DNA from: an uncultured delta proteobacterium
GTDB taxonomy: Bacteria > Myxococcota_A > Polyangia > Palsa-1104
Assembly: GCA_963785725.1 (NCBI GenBank)
Contig: CAWAWS010000007.1
Coordinates: 288,001 to 352,000 of the forward strand
Length of the DNA: 64,000 nt
Direction of reading: 5' to 3'
In this document: piece after piece, positions 8,989 to 19,894 of the stretch
Layout: the number at the start of each line of letters is the position of its first letter
Numbering within the stretch: the first letter of the stretch is position 1
The notes under the pieces: generated by a model
What the model saw: the letters and a program-made list of their open reading frames with translations, nothing else
What the model was told of the DNA's origin: nothing
The model's database searches: none
Program-made: the position numbers and the translations under genes

Positions 8989-10455
8989 CTAGGAAATCGG
9001 GATGGTCGTGTCGGACTGAACGCACGACGACAGGTCGAAGAGCATGAACGCCAGCGCCTTCTCCTGATCGCTCAGCGTGTACGGCGTCACGCAGGCGCCG
9101 GGGAACGTCTTGCCGGCGGCGCCGGTCACCAACGCGGACGTCGTGACGTGGAAGTCGCTGAACACGGCGCGGCCGCAGTATTGCGGGTTGCCCATGTCGT
9201 CCGGCGGCGCGTCGAGCGGCGTGTTGAACGTCATGTGCATGACGCCGGGCGAGACGACGTTGGGCGGCGTCTCTTGCGCGCTGTTGGCCGGGAACGTGTT
9301 GAAGTTGATCCAGCTCTGCGTCGCGCCGAGGACCGCCGAGACGTCGTGACGGCCTTGCACGATGTTGAGCTGACCCATCGGCGACGCCGCGCTGACGCCG
9401 GCCGCGATCAGCCACTGCGCGAACGCCATGCCCTTCGGGAACGTCGTGTTCAGCACGCCTTGGATGCCGGCGGCGTTGCCGTAATCGTCGGCTTGTCCCG
9501 GCTGCCACGTGGCGACGGCCTCGAACGGGCTGTTCGCGTAGTGCCACCAATCGTAGCTGTAGTGGGTCGTGAAGACGCGGCCGCCGGCGTTGACGTAGCT
9601 GGCGACATTGCCGACGTTGGTCGCGCCTTGATCGAACTCTCCGCCTTCGCACGGCAGCATGATGAGGTCGTAGGTCATGAGCGTCGTCTCGTCGCCGTAG
9701 AGCGCGGTGCCGGAGGGCGTGGCGGCGCTCATCGTCGTGCCCGGCTTGTTGGCGCCCTTGAAGAACGAGATGCGCGTGTTCGCCGCCGGCTCCTGAATCT
9801 CCGCCGGATCCATGCCGATCTTGAGCAGCAGGCACTCCATCGGATCGGCCGAGCCGGTGACGATGGCGATCTTGGGAATGTCGCCTTCGGTCGAGTTCTT
9901 CGGCAGGCGCGTGTTGTCGGCGATGACCGGCGTCGTCACGCACGCGGGAATGTTCGCCAGCGTCACCGAGCGCCGCCACTTGCCGAGCTGCACGACGAGC
10001 GGCACGTTGTCACCGACGGGAACGTTAGGCAGCGAGAAGGTGCCGTCCGGTCCCGTCAACGTCTGCACGATCGGGTTGCCGGAGACGCTGCCGTCGCAGC
10101 GATCGCAGCTCGCGCCTTGCGGGAACGGGTCCGGCGTCGTCGATGGAATGTAGACGATGGCGTTGTAGAGCGGCAGCGTGCCGTTGGGCGCGTAGACGGT
10201 GCCGGTGAGCGTCGTCGTGCCGCCGCCGGCGCAGCTCATTTGGCAGGCCGTGCCGACGCAGGTGTTGCCGGTGCCGCCGCCGTTGCCGGTGCCGCCGCCG
10301 TTGCCGGTGCCGCCGCCGTTGCCGGTGCCGCCGCCGTTGCCGGTGCCGCCACCGTTGCCGGTGCCGCCACCGTGACCGGACGTGCCGTTGTGATTGCAGC
10401 CGGCGATCAACAGCGCAGCAGAGAGTGAAATGACGACGCTAGCAGCCCTACGCAT
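8989..10455 (-). CDS. Myxobacterial-type secreted lipoprotein with Gly-rich linker and carboxypeptidase-regulatory-like domain
   Basis: SD GAGGAGG, lipobox LIAGC, (GGGTGN)6, GTVYAPNG...PLYNA, GKWRR, CGRAVFSDFH and QEKALAFMLFDLSSC. Confidence 0.75.
   Translation of the reverse strand: MRRAASVVISLSAALLIAGCNHNGTSGHGGGTGNGGGTGNGGGTGNGGGTGNGGGTGNGGGTGNTCVGTACQMSCAGGGTTTLTGTVYAPNGTLPLYNAIVYIPSTTPDPFPQGASCDRCDGSVSGNPIVQTLTGPDGTFSLPNVPVGDNVPLVVQLGKWRRSVTLANIPACVTTPVIADNTRLPKNSTEGDIPKIAIVTGSADPMECLLLKIGMDPAEIQEPAANTRISFFKGANKPGTTMSAATPSGTALYGDETTLMTYDLIMLPCEGGEFDQGATNVGNVASYVNAGGRVFTTHYSYDWWHYANSPFEAVATWQPGQADDYGNAAGIQGVLNTTFPKGMAFAQWLIAAGVSAASPMGQLNIVQGRHDVSAVLGATQSWINFNTFPANSAQETPPNVVSPGVMHMTFNTPLDAPPDDMGNPQYCGRAVFSDFHVTTSALVTGAAGKTFPGACVTPYTLSDQEKALAFMLFDLSSCVQSDTTIPIS
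10264..10371. repeat. 18-bp tandem repeat x6 encoding GGGTGN
   Basis: gttgccggtgccgcc(g/a)cc occurs six times in tandem. Confidence 0.95.
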
Positions 10456-10532
10456 GGCAAACCTCCTCAACTCGGCTCGGTCTAATCTTATCATTGAAAC
10501 AAGCGCTTCTTGCGTTTAACGTCCGCTCTCGC

Positions 10533-10858
10533 ATGTCCTACCGCGCACCACTTTGCGTCCCAGTGGAGCTGCGTCGAGACGGACGCAGCCGGTGGTTTCG
10601 ACTCACCACGAGCATCAACCAAGAGTTGGTGGTACTGGCGCAAATCTGTCCGGAAGAGATCGATGGTGTCGTAAACGTTGCATTTCACCTGCCAGGCGAC
10701 GCGGTCCCGATTCGTTGTCGCGGGCGCATCGCCGAAGAAGTTGTAGGCGAAGGTGAGGAGCAGCACGCCGAGCGCCGGCTCGTTCGCTTCGAAGCCATGG
10801 AGCCCGAGGCGAGTGACCGAATTTCCAATTACGTTACAGAGAGGCTAGGCCTGTTCGC

Positions 10859-10862
<4 letters not shown>
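10533..10862 (+). CDS. PilZ-like domain protein with degenerate c-di-GMP motifs
   Basis: [10 protein letters not shown]...FHLPG...IRCRGRI...[18 protein letters not shown] has the PilZ C-terminal pattern. RxxxR and DxSxxG are not intact. Confidence 0.6.
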
Positions 10863-12427
<1,565 letters not shown>

Positions 12428-12524
12428 GGGCTCTGTAGGCGTACTGATGCGTCAATTGTAACGGCAATTGCCGCGTAAACTCGCGTTGCCGCTCCAGACG
12501 ATCGTGATATTCTGGAGCGGCCAG

Positions 12525-14285
12525 ATGAAGAAGCTCTGCTGGTTTGTCGTGGGTGCGGTCGCCGTCTCGGGCTGCGCGGGTAGAATGCCGGAGCCGCGTC
12601 CACCGACGATGGTGCGCAGCTTCCACGGCACGATCGTCCCCGGCTATTACGTCTCGCCGCTGTCTTACGAGCATTATCTGCGGGCGCAGCTGCTGTCGAA
12701 CGACGGACGCGCCGAAGAGGCGGCCGATCAGCTGCGCCAGGCGATCGCGTCCGACGGGGCGTCGGCCTACTTGCGGACCCGACTGGCCGAGGAGCTGTTG
12801 ACGCTCGGCCGCGTCGACGAAGCGCGCGACGAGATCGAAGCGGCGCTGCACTTGGACACGCAGTTCGCCGAAGCGTACGTCGACATGGCGCGCGTCAAGC
12901 TGCGGCTCGGCGATTCGCCGGGCGCGGAGGCGTCGCTCAAGCGCGCCATCGACGTCGACCGCACGTGCGAGGACGCCTATACGCTGCTCGTGAATCTCTA
13001 TCATGACCGCGGTCAAGAAGGCCGCGTGCTCGAGACCTGGCGCGAGCTAGCACACAATGTTCCGACGTCGGCGCCGGCGCATCAGGCGATGGCGCAAGCG
13101 GCGATGGCGCGCAGCGACTGGAAGACGGCCGAGGCGGAGCTGTTGCGCGCGCTCGAGCTCGACGGCAACTTGGGCGACGCGCGCGAGCAGCTGGCCGAGC
13201 TGTATCAGTGCGAAGGGCGCTTCGCCGAAGCCGTGACGACGCTGCAGGACGCCTACGATCGCAGCGGCGATGGTCGCACGCTCGAGCGGCTGGTGAAGCT
13301 GGAGGCGGCCATCGGTCGCCTCGAAGACGCCCGCGCCACCGTCGAGAAGTTGGAAGACGAAGGCGGCGGGCTCGATCGCAAAGTGTGGATCGGCTGGCGC
13401 TGGCTCGACGCGCAGAAGCCGGAGCGCGCGCGCCAGCTGGCGGAGTCGGTGCTCAAGGTCAGCGACACGCCGGGCGCGCACTTGCTGCTCGGCCGCGCGC
13501 TCGACGACCTCGGGCAGACCGACGAAGCGATGGCGCAGCTGACGAAGGTGCCGTCGCGGGCGGCGCAGTTCGTGTCGGCGCAGTCGTTGATGGGACGGCT
13601 CTTGCGCGATCGCGGCCGTTATCGCGAGGCCGTCGACATGCTGGGCAAGGCGATCAAGTCGGTGGCCGCGGCCGAAGACGGCGCCGGCGCCAGCGACACG
13701 CTGCAAGACCTGTTGGCGCAGGTGCACGAGCGCGCCGGCGATCGCGGCCAGTCGATCTCGCTGCTCGAAGGCGCGTTCGCGCGGCGCCCGCATTCGCAGG
13801 AGCTGGCGCTGGCGCTGGGCGCGGCCTACGAGCGCAACGGGCAGTGGGAGCGCGGCGTCGACATCGTGCGCGGCCTTTTGAAGCGCGATCCCGACAGCGT
13901 CTCGGCGCTCAATTTCATCGGCTATGCGTTGGCGAAGCAGAACTTGCGGCTCGACGAAGCGCGCAAGCTGCTCGAGCATGCGCTGGTGCTGCAGCCGATG
14001 TCGGGCGAGGTCGCCGACAGCCTGGGCTGGCTCTACGTCAAGCTCGGCCGGCTCGACGACGGCGAGCGCATGCTCGTGCGCGCCGATCGCCTGTCGCCGG
14101 AGACGCCGGAAGTGCTGACGCATCTCGGTGAGCTGTACGTGCATCGCAGCGATCGCGCCCGCGCCGTCGAGGCCTACAAGCGCGCGCTGGCGCACAAGCC
14201 GGACGAGACGATGCGCCACGCGATCGAAGAGCAGCTCCTGCTGCTCGAGAGCGGGAAGCTCGCGGCCGGGCCGACTTCGCGCTAA
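12525..14285 (+). CDS. TPR-repeat lipoprotein
   Basis: Lipobox VSGC, multiple TPRs, ALNFIGY...DSLGWLY...HLGELY. Confidence 0.85.
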   Translation: MKKLCWFVVGAVAVSGCAGRMPEPRPPTMVRSFHGTIVPGYYVSPLSYEHYLRAQLLSNDGRAEEAADQLRQAIASDGASAYLRTRLAEELLTLGRVDEARDEIEAALHLDTQFAEAYVDMARVKLRLGDSPGAEASLKRAIDVDRTCEDAYTLLVNLYHDRGQEGRVLETWRELAHNVPTSAPAHQAMAQAAMARSDWKTAEAELLRALELDGNLGDAREQLAELYQCEGRFAEAVTTLQDAYDRSGDGRTLERLVKLEAAIGRLEDARATVEKLEDEGGGLDRKVWIGWRWLDAQKPERARQLAESVLKVSDTPGAHLLLGRALDDLGQTDEAMAQLTKVPSRAAQFVSAQSLMGRLLRDRGRYREAVDMLGKAIKSVAAAEDGAGASDTLQDLLAQVHERAGDRGQSISLLEGAFARRPHSQELALALGAAYERNGQWERGVDIVRGLLKRDPDSVSALNFIGYALAKQNLRLDEARKLLEHALVLQPMSGEVADSLGWLYVKLGRLDDGERMLVRADRLSPETPEVLTHLGELYVHRSDRARAVEAYKRALAHKPDETMRHAIEEQLLLLESGKLAAGPTSR

Positions 14286-14294
14286 GTTCCCCGG

Positions 14295-15095
14295 ATGATC
14301 GCCTCGCGCGGCGTCGTCCTTCTCGCGTTCTGCCTTTCACTTTCAGCGTGCATCAAGCCGGCGGTGCGGCCCTACGCGCCACCTTCGGCCGAGCAGCTGC
14401 TGGCGTCGCTGCGCGAGCGCGCCGAGAAGGTGCGCACGCTGCGCGCAACGGCCAAGATCGACGACGTGGCCAAGGGCGGCCAGCGCGTGCGGGTGAAGGT
14501 CGCGCTCTTGGTCGCGCGCGGTGGCAAGCTGCGCTTCGAGGCCGACAGCCCGCTCGGCGGCTCGCTGGCGACGCTGACGTCGGACGGCGCGCAGTTCTCG
14601 CTGCTCGACGTGCGCGCCAACCGCTTCCTGACCGGGCCGGCCAAAGCGTGCAACGTGGCGCGGCTCATTCGCCTCAATATTTCGCCCGAGGACGTGGGCG
14701 CGGTGCTGATGGGCTCGGCGCCGCTGCCGCCCGACGCGCGCATCAAGAGCGCGGGCTGGGACGCCGACCACGGCGGCCGCGAAGTGTTGACGCTGGCCTT
14801 GTCCGACGGCGGCGAAGAGATCATCCAAATGGACGCGCTCAACAAGACGTGGGACGTGCGCCGCGCCGAGCGTCGCGACAGTGCCGGCAAGGTCTTGTGG
14901 CGCGTGACCAACGACGGCTTCAAAGATCGCGACGGCGGCGTGCGCTCGCCCGAGACATCGGACGTCGAAGAGCCGCCGCACGGCGCTGACGCCGAGATCA
15001 AGTTCCGCAACGTCGAGGTCAACGTCGAGCTGCCCGACGAGCTGTTCCGCTTGCCGCCGCCGTCGAACCTGACGCCGGAGCCGGCGGACTGCTAG
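14295..15095 (+). CDS. LolA/LolB-fold (DUF4292-like) lipoprotein
   Basis: Lipobox LSAC, beta-rich sequence, C-terminal N..LPDELFRLPPP typical of the LolA-like fold. Follows a TPR gene, as lolB often does. Confidence 0.6.
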   Translation: MIASRGVVLLAFCLSLSACIKPAVRPYAPPSAEQLLASLRERAEKVRTLRATAKIDDVAKGGQRVRVKVALLVARGGKLRFEADSPLGGSLATLTSDGAQFSLLDVRANRFLTGPAKACNVARLIRLNISPEDVGAVLMGSAPLPPDARIKSAGWDADHGGREVLTLALSDGGEEIIQMDALNKTWDVRRAERRDSAGKVLWRVTNDGFKDRDGGVRSPETSDVEEPPHGADAEIKFRNVEVNVELPDELFRLPPPSNLTPEPADC

Positions 15096-15153
15096 CGTCG
15101 CGAGCCGTCCGATCGCAGCGACGGCGACCACTCGGGCGCACCCGGCCGTCGTC

Positions 15154-15684
15154 TTAGATCACGACGTCATCATTGCGCGGCAGGCGTTCGCGCGCCCGAC
15201 GTGACGAGCGGCGCGTCCGCCAGATCATGAGCGCCAAGCCGACGCCCAAGACGAGGACGATCGGTATCGAGCCCAGCCGATCGTCGATGCTCGCGATGGG
15301 CTTCGGCTTCAGCACGTCGACGCCGTAAGTCTGCGCGAACCAGGCGAGCACGTGGTCATGCGCCGACTGCTGCGCGCTCGCGTTCGACAGATCGACGCCG
15401 GCCAGGTGCTGCTTGACCTCCGCGCGCATCTTCGCCGCCAGGTCGCACTTGCACGTGCGGATCGGCTCACGGTTGCAGGTGCCGCAGATGCAAGCCAGGT
15501 CCTTCATGATCGCGTCTTCGCTGTCGTTCGTCGGCGGATTGACGAGCTGGCCATCCGGGTTGCCGGGCGGCCGCCGAGGCCGCTGCGTCAGCTCTTGCGC
15601 CAGATTCTTCGGCAGCTCTTGCGCGCCGGCGCCAGCGATGAGCGATACGAGGGACAGCCACGCCAGCGCGGCCACGAGGCGCAT
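15154..15684 (-). CDS. CcmH/NrfF-like cytochrome c biogenesis protein
   Basis: Signal peptide, LACICGTC...CKCDLAAKMRAEV, F..TYG.DVL.P and a C-terminal TM. Confidence 0.65.
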   Translation of the reverse strand: MRLVAALAWLSLVSLIAGAGAQELPKNLAQELTQRPRRPPGNPDGQLVNPPTNDSEDAIMKDLACICGTCNREPIRTCKCDLAAKMRAEVKQHLAGVDLSNASAQQSAHDHVLAWFAQTYGVDVLKPKPIASIDDRLGSIPIVLVLGVGLALMIWRTRRSSRRARERLPRNDDVVI

Positions 15685-15686
15685 GT

Positions 15687-16337
15687 CTACAACAGCACGT
15701 CGTCGGCGAGGCGGCCTTCGAGATAGTCGGACTCGAGCCGCGTCACGAACGCCGCCCAGCGCGCGCGATCGGGCTCGTCGCGGAAGTCGAAGCGCACGCC
15801 GACGCCGCGATCGCTGCCTTCGCCGTGCTGCCGCGTCACCGTCGCCTGCACCTCGAGCGGCCGATATTCGCCGCCCGGCGGCGACACCAGCAAGAGCGTG
15901 GTCGCGCCCAGCTCGAGCAGCTCGGCCGTGCGCACGAACGCGCCCTCTTCGTTCAGATCGCGCGTGAAGTTGACGCGTCGCCCTTTGGCGGCCGTATAGG
16001 CGACGCGCAGTCGCACGGGCAGCCGCCGCTTTTCGCGCACGTCGATCAAACCGCCGCGCACGTAGCCGTTCAGATAGCGCAGCTTGGCCTGCTCCGACGC
16101 GTCGAGGCCGACGCCGGTGCCGGCGCGAGCGCGCGCATCGCCGGTCGTGCGTCGCCACATGACGAAGCCGTGCAACAAGACGCGCGGGCCCGCCTGAAAC
16201 ACGATCTCGACGGTGACGCGCTCGCCGACGTTGGGCGGATCGGCGCCGGGCACGAACAGCGCCGTCCCCGCCGTACCATCATGATACTTGTGGAAATCGG
16301 CGCGATCGACGAGATGGAGCTTGAGTCGCGTGACCAC
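15687..16337 (-). CDS. Tandem PilZ domain protein
   Basis: The second domain has REKRR and DLNEEGAFV, and ends GVGVRF. The first domain is degenerate. Confidence 0.8.
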   Translation of the reverse strand: MVTRLKLHLVDRADFHKYHDGTAGTALFVPGADPPNVGERVTVEIVFQAGPRVLLHGFVMWRRTTGDARARAGTGVGLDASEQAKLRYLNGYVRGGLIDVREKRRLPVRLRVAYTAAKGRRVNFTRDLNEEGAFVRTAELLELGATTLLLVSPPGGEYRPLEVQATVTRQHGEGSDRGVGVRFDFRDEPDRARWAAFVTRLESDYLEGRLADDVLL

Positions 16338-16352
16338 TACTGCGTGCTCCGC

Positions 16353-16472
16353 TCAGCGCCGCCGCGGCTGCTGACGATTGGGCGTGATCGGCACCGGCAT
16401 CATGGGCGGGGCCACGAGCTCACGCACTTTGTCGACCAATTGGCCGACCAGCTTTCTAATGCGTTCGCCCAT
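16353..16472 (-). CDS. 39-aa small protein MGERIRKLVGQLVDKVRELVAPPMMPVPITPNRQQPRRR
   Basis: SD GGAGG about 7 nt before an ATG that overlaps the upstream stop (TGATG). Amphipathic helix followed by a Pro-rich basic tail. Confidence 0.6.
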   Translation of the reverse strand: MGERIRKLVGQLVDKVRELVAPPMMPVPITPNRQQPRRR

Positions 16473-16840
16473 CAATTGCCTCCGCCATATCCAGATCCTT
16501 GGCCTTGTCGCGAAGTATAGCAGTCGTTGCAGTAAACGGGACGACCCGCCGCCGGGCGAAACGGCACGCGCGCCGGCGCGCCGCACGAGGCGCAGGTCGC
16601 GTCATGCTGCTCGCGGGCGGCGCGCTGGGCGCGATTGCCGTCGCCGCCGCCGCCGTGACCGTTGCCGGCGTAGCCGTTGCCGCCGTCGCTGCGCTTCTGT
16701 CTGCGCGTGTCGCGGCAGGGCTTGCAGCGCTTGGGGATCTCGCGGAAGCCCTTTTTGTCGAAGAATTCCTGCTCGCCGGCCGTGAAGACGAACTCGTTCT
16801 TGCAGTCCTGGCATTGCAGCGGGCGGTCTTGAAAGTCCAT
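16472..16840 (-). CDS. Zinc-ribbon protein (zf-trcl-like plus CxxC-x17-CxxC domain)
   Basis: CQDCKNEFVFTAGEQEFF..KGF...PKRCKPCR, then CASCG...VPFRP..GRPVYCNDCY. Confidence 0.9.
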   Translation of the reverse strand: MDFQDRPLQCQDCKNEFVFTAGEQEFFDKKGFREIPKRCKPCRDTRRQKRSDGGNGYAGNGHGGGGDGNRAQRAAREQHDATCASCGAPARVPFRPAAGRPVYCNDCYTSRQGQGSGYGGGN

Positions 16841-16934
16841 CGCCATCCTCGAAAGCAGCCGTCGCACAGCCGACGTCTCGGCTAACTTTATCGCGTCCGA
16901 GAATCGACGGTCAAGCGTGTTAGGATGCGCGGCC

Positions 16935-17387
16935 ATGTCCAAGCCCCGCGCCGCTGTGATCTTTGTGAGCTTATGTCTGTCGCTGTCTGCGTCGCTGATG
17001 CTGTCCGGTTGCCGCGAGGAGCCGACCATCGTCATCAAGTTCGAGCCGAACGACATGACGGGCACGAAGAAGCCGGCCGACATGGTCAGCGTCGCCGATT
17101 TGGCGAGCGCGCCCGACTTGGCGCCGGCGACGAAGGGCAAGCCGGCGACCGCCGAGTGCAAGACCGCCGCTGATTGCACCGTCGAGCCCAACGACTGCTG
17201 CAGCTGCAACAGCGGCGGCGCTCAGCACGCGATCGCGAAGAAGAAGTTTGCCGAATCCGAGGGCAAGCGCATCAAGGGCTGCGGCCACAAGATGTGCCCG
17301 ATGTTCATCTCGCACGATCCGAGCTGCGCCGAGACTGCGGACTGCGTCGCCGGCGTCTGCCAGCTCGTCGCGCCGAAGACGAAGTAA
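16935..17387 (+). CDS. Cysteine-rich lipoprotein
   Basis: Lipobox LSGC. The C-terminal domain has 10 Cys (CKTAADC...CCSC...CGHKMC...C...CVAGVC). Confidence 0.7.
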   Translation: MSKPRAAVIFVSLCLSLSASLMLSGCREEPTIVIKFEPNDMTGTKKPADMVSVADLASAPDLAPATKGKPATAECKTAADCTVEPNDCCSCNSGGAQHAIAKKKFAESEGKRIKGCGHKMCPMFISHDPSCAETADCVAGVCQLVAPKTK

Positions 17388-17395
17388 CCGTCGCG

Positions 17396-18541
17396 CTAGC
17401 TGATGACGTAGCGCAAGGTCAGCGGCCGACCGTCGCGCACGACGTCGACGGTGAAGGTGTTGGCGACGCGCAGCCAGGCGTAGGCGGCCGCGGCATCGTC
17501 GACGCCGTTGATGGCGCGCCCGTCGACGCGCATGACGACGTCGTTGCTGCGCAGGCCGATGCGCTCGAAGAAGCAGCCGCCGCGCACCTGCGACAGCCGG
17601 AAACCGCCTTCGGGCTGCGCCGTCACTTGCAGCTGCTGGCTCAGCGAGCCGAAGTCGCCGAGCTCGCGGTCGAGCTCCGCGCGCTGCAGCACGAGCGGCC
17701 CCGTCGCCGCGCTAACCGGTGTGACAGCAGGCGTTGCGACCGGCGCGGCGACGGCAGGCGTTGCGACGGGTGCGGGCGTTGCGACCGGCGCGGCGACGGC
17801 GGCAGGCGTCGCGACAGTCGCGGGCGCAGCGGGCGCAGGAGCTGGGACCGCAACGGCCGCCGGCGCCTCGACGGGCGCAGCCATCGCCGGAGCGGCGACG
17901 GCAGCGGGCGCGGCAAGGGCTACTGGCGCGGCGACGGCCACGGCGGCGGGCGCGTGCGTCACGACGGCAACCGGCGCGGCGACTGCGCCCGGCGTCGCGA
18001 TGACCGCCGGCGCGACGGCTGCCGGCGCTGCGGCCGTCGCATCAGGCACGATCGCCGCCGGCGCCACCGGCGCGACCAGCGCGGGCGCGCTTACGACGGG
18101 CGCCGCCTGCGCCGCGACGACGCGATCGACCGCCGCCTGCGCCGCCGCGACGACTGTCGGCACGTCGGGCGCCGCCGTCACGATCATCGCCGGCATGCGC
18201 CGCGGCTTGTGCCCGACGACGCGCGTCTCGGGCGGCGCCGCGATCTCGACCACTTCGCGCGACTCGCCGCGATCGATGACCAAATGATCGGCCTCCAGCT
18301 CGACGATGCGCCCGCCGCTGAGCTCTTCGCCGACCCGGTGCAGCACGTATTCGGCGCGATCTTCGTCCCAAATCAGCGCCTGCGCGCTCGACAAGATGAC
18401 GCCCACGAGCCGCGCGTGCTCGACGGTGACGGCGGCCGCGGCCGGCGGCGGCGTGTCGGCGGCCGGCGCGCCTTCGGAGGCGTGCGTCGTCACGGCCGGG
18501 AGAGCAAACGCGAACAGCGAAGCCAAGAGCGTACGCTTCAT
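17396..18541 (-). CDS. GspC-like protein: N-terminal HR-like domain, Ala/Pro linker, C-terminal PDZ
   Basis: RLVGVI...ALI...GEELSGGRIVELEADHLVI and GFRLSQVRGGCFFERIGLRSNDVVMRVDG resemble T2SS protein C. Confidence 0.65.
   Translation of the reverse strand: MKRTLLASLFAFALPAVTTHASEGAPAADTPPPAAAAVTVEHARLVGVILSSAQALIWDEDRAEYVLHRVGEELSGGRIVELEADHLVIDRGESREVVEIAAPPETRVVGHKPRRMPAMIVTAAPDVPTVVAAAQAAVDRVVAAQAAPVVSAPALVAPVAPAAIVPDATAAAPAAVAPAVIATPGAVAAPVAVVTHAPAAVAVAAPVALAAPAAVAAPAMAAPVEAPAAVAVPAPAPAAPATVATPAAVAAPVATPAPVATPAVAAPVATPAVTPVSAATGPLVLQRAELDRELGDFGSLSQQLQVTAQPEGGFRLSQVRGGCFFERIGLRSNDVVMRVDGRAINGVDDAAAAYAWLRVANTFTVDVVRDGRPLTLRYVIS
17710..18150. repeat. Low-complexity Ala/Pro/Val/Thr coding repeats (AAPVATPA-like)
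   Basis: Recurrent ggcgttgcgac(c/g)gg units and the translated repeat. Confidence 0.7.
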
Positions 18542-18655
18542 GACGGCGTCACAAAGCAGCCCGCATGCCACTGCCGTTTCCCTGTATTCGGAGGATCTTA
18601 CGAACGTCGTCGGGTGACAACGTGAACCGCGCTTCACACGCGCGGCTGTGAACCG

Positions 18656-19441
18656 CTACTCCTCGTCGCCGCGCGAATGACCCTTGGCCGACAGCGCGTC
18701 CTTCGACTTGGCGGCCGCGTCATCGGCGTCTTTGGCCGGCAGCTCCTTGCGACCCGCGGCGGTCGCCGGTCCGAGCCCCATCTTCGCCTTCAGCTCCTGC
18801 AGCGCCATATCCGCGCCGCCGTGGTTCTCGAGCTGCTTGAAGCGCGACGCCAGCGTATCGCCCGTCATCTCGCCGGCCAGCTCGACGCCCGCTTCCGCCT
18901 CGGCTTCGATCTGCTCGACCTTCTCGGCCATGCGATCGAACGTATCGAACGCCGACGTATCCGACAGACCGGCCATCGTCTGCTGAATCGTCTTCTGCGC
19001 CTCGGCTCGCTTGGCGCGCGCGACGAGGATGTTCTTCTTGCGCTTCGCCTCTTCGATCTTGTTGTTCAGCGTGCGCAGCTGATCTTTGAGCTTCTCGACG
19101 GCGTCCTTCTGCAGATGCCACTGCTGCTCGAACTGCGCCGACAGATCCTCGTGCTCCTTTTGCCGCACGAGCGCTTCCTTCGCGAGCGCATCATCGCCGG
19201 CGTGCACGGCCATCATGGCCTTGCGCTCCCACTCTTTGGCCGCCGTGATCTGATCGTCCCACTGCTTCTTGAGCCGCTTCTCGTCGCCGATCGCCACCGC
19301 GACCTGCTTCTTGGCCTCGACGAGCTGATTCTTCATGTCGGTCAGGACCTGGGAGAGCATCTTCTCCGGATCCTCGGCCTTGCTGATCAAGTCGTTGATG
19401 TTGGACTTGATGAGCGTACCCAAACGCTGAAACAGACCCAT
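18656..19441 (-). CDS. pspA: PspA/IM30 family protein
   Basis: MGLFQRL...SNIN...AEDPEKML, coiled coil, AFDTFDRMAEKV. Confidence 0.93.
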   Translation of the reverse strand: MGLFQRLGTLIKSNINDLISKAEDPEKMLSQVLTDMKNQLVEAKKQVAVAIGDEKRLKKQWDDQITAAKEWERKAMMAVHAGDDALAKEALVRQKEHEDLSAQFEQQWHLQKDAVEKLKDQLRTLNNKIEEAKRKKNILVARAKRAEAQKTIQQTMAGLSDTSAFDTFDRMAEKVEQIEAEAEAGVELAGEMTGDTLASRFKQLENHGGADMALQELKAKMGLGPATAAGRKELPAKDADDAAAKSKDALSAKGHSRGDEE

Positions 19442-19827
19442 CAGGCAGCCTCCCGAAACTTCGCCAGCCGTCCATGGTGAGATGCGACCGCGAGCGAGAT
19501 GTCGTCGATGGTCGCGGCAAATTCGTTGTAGTCGAGGTTCTCGAGCTGCAAGGCGTCCATGATCACGATCGACTCGCCCTCGATTCCGTAGGCGCCGTGC
19601 ATCATCTCCGTCGCGTTCAGCTCGAGCAGCGTGCGAAACAGCTCCTCACGCTGACCACGCGGGATGTCCATCATCTTGACGCGGAACACGAGCACCGGAC
19701 CGGCCAGCGTCACGACGAGGTTGTCGACCCCATCCATGCCGCTGACGATCCACGTGCCTTCGCGCGGCTCCTCGTAGGGAAGCTCCATTCGTTCCAGATA
19801 CGCCTGTACGTCTGCAGCCGTTTTCAT
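19441..19827 (-). CDS. CesT/YbjN-like (type III chaperone fold) protein
   Basis: LFRTLLELNAT...HGAYGIEG...LENLDYNEF. Translationally coupled to pspA. Confidence 0.75.
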   Translation of the reverse strand: MKTAADVQAYLERMELPYEEPREGTWIVSGMDGVDNLVVTLAGPVLVFRVKMMDIPRGQREELFRTLLELNATEMMHGAYGIEGESIVIMDALQLENLDYNEFAATIDDISLAVASHHGRLAKFREAA

Positions 19828-19851
19828 CGCGCGCCTCCCGAGAGTCCAACG

Positions 19852-19880
19852 AGCCTAGGCGAGGACCCACACCGTTGCAA
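19852..19880 (-). promoter_or_regulatory. Candidate sigma70-type promoter for the cesT-like/pspA operon
   Basis: Minus strand TTGCAA-N17-TAGGCT, followed by SD GGGAGG. Confidence 0.5.
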
Positions 19881-19894
19881 TGTGCCGTGACATC

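Noticed and set aside
10264..10371. Regular repeat resembling a CRISPR array
   Set aside because: There are no spacers, the repeat is in-frame coding sequence, and there are no cas genes.
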